From contig CM022674.1 in the NCBI GenBank assembly GCA_012295275.1, forward strand, positions 15,562,001-15,626,000: a DNA stretch of 64,000 bases, written 5' to 3'. Below are positions 62,810 to 64,000 of this stretch, one piece after another. The position numbers and the translations under genes were made by a program. This DNA comes from Chrysomallon squamiferum (Eukaryota > Animalia > Mollusca). Numbering within the stretch: position 1 is the first letter of the stretch; each line of letters begins with the position of its first letter. Under the pieces are notes generated by a model. The model made no database searches. It saw nothing but the letters and a program-made list of their open reading frames with translations, and had not been told where the DNA came from.

Positions 62810-63245
62810 TATGTATACCACAGACCTACACACCCTGACCCATACACCTGTAATGTAATTTTTGTGTATACCACAGACCCACACACCCCTGTAATGCAAT
62901 TTTTTGTATACACTACCCACCCATACACCTGTGTAATGTAATTTTTGTGTATAATACTGACCCATACACCTACTAATTACCCAATACACCACCTGTGTAA
63001 TGTAATTTTTTGTGTATAATACACCTGTGTAATGTATATAATACCTGACCCATACACCTGTGTAATTTTTTGTATAATACTGACCCATACACCTGTGTAA
63101 TGTAATTTTTGTGTATAATACTGACCCATACACCTGTGTACCATGTAATGTAATCCCCATTTGTTGTTTGTGTATATCGTTCTGACCCATCATACACCTG
63201 TGTAATGTAATTTTTTTTGTGTGTCCTACTGACCCATACACTTGC
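62810..63245 (+). repeat. ~40-bp minisatellite, paralog of the 39440-39770 array
   Basis: tactgacccatacacctgtgtaatgtaattttt units. Confidence 0.9.
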
Positions 63246-63729
63246 AATGCAATCCTTCTTCTATCCTACAGACCCACCTGTAGTTTCTGCTATTGACCTA
63301 TGCTTCCCTGTAATATAAACCCCAGTCTACAGTACAGTGAGGGGTTATCTCATCCTCTTGTGAGTATATAAATTGCAATGTCCACATAAAATGTGAAATA
63401 AAAAAGAATTTGTTATTAATATATTTTTGGTTGAACAAAAGCAAACGAACATTTCCCAAAACAACAACCAAAATAACCATCCCGACAGCAAGATCCTCTT
63501 AACTCTATTATAGATCTGCAGGCAAAGCAGTGAACTGGGGCCACTAGCTACACATTGTCCACTTGTTATCATTAAAATTAGTACTAATATTATTATTATC
63601 TTTAACAAAACATATACTAAATATGCATTTTTACAGTAATAAATATTGATATATATAAAGGCATTTGAAGCACACATCAGTTTGATGTGTTAGCTGTATA
63701 TAGTAGAAGTTGAACTTGGTGAATTATTT

Positions 63730-64000
63730 ACTGTAGAAGTAGAACTGTGAAATATTAGTGGAATGTTGGAAGGATTTGCTGCAGAAGCAGAACTGTGAAA
63801 TATTGGTGGAATGTTGGAAGTATTGGCTGTAGAAGCAGAACTGTGAAAGAATGGTAAAGTGTTGGAAGTATTGGCTGTAGAAGCAGAACTGTGAAAGAGT
63901 GGTAAAGTGTTGGAAGCATTTGCTGCAGAAGTAGAACTGTGAAAGAATGGTAAAGTGTTGGAAGCATTTGCTGCAGAAGTAGAACTGTGAAAGAGTGGTA
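63730..64000 (+). repeat. ~48-bp tandem repeat running off the window end
   Basis: ctgYagaagYagaactgtgaaa...gtgttggaag units; about 1.5 units are present in copy A at 40259-40330. Confidence 0.9.

Overview
This is AT-rich, microsatellite-dense eukaryotic DNA with GT-AG spliced genes, most consistent with a mollusc, probably a gastropod (inference). The window holds a 200-N gap at 12701-12900. In order, it contains: (1) an NLR-like gene (+, ~2197 to beyond 12700) whose spliced model joins a RHIM-like VQIG exon to an nSTAND3-type P-loop NTPase and ~18 near-identical double-ankyrin modules with swappable variable inserts; (2) a single-pass receptor kinase (+, ~13.3-25.4 kb) with a mannose-6-phosphate-receptor-homology (MRH)-like ectodomain, a TKL-type kinase domain and a Cys-rich activation loop; (3) an orphan type-I membrane receptor (+, 29274-32663) with a duplicated tyrosine-motif tail and an in-frame stop in its stalk exon; (4) a ~1.85 kb palindrome made of two head-to-head tRNA-like Pol III units with minisatellite tails; (5) a segmental duplicate of the Tdc last exon and 3' flank; (6) a mono-ART PARP remnant (-); (7) a decayed intronless ubiquitin-specific-protease-like ORF; (8) a Ty3/Gypsy relic (-); and (9) an intact 13-coding-exon tyrosine decarboxylase gene (+, 54137-61343). 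The best candidate for an undescribed system is the RHIM-nSTAND3-hypervariable ankyrin receptor, which parallels fungal amyloid-signalling NLRs. All gene models were spliced by hand, no database searches were run, and some indels or stops may be assembly errors.
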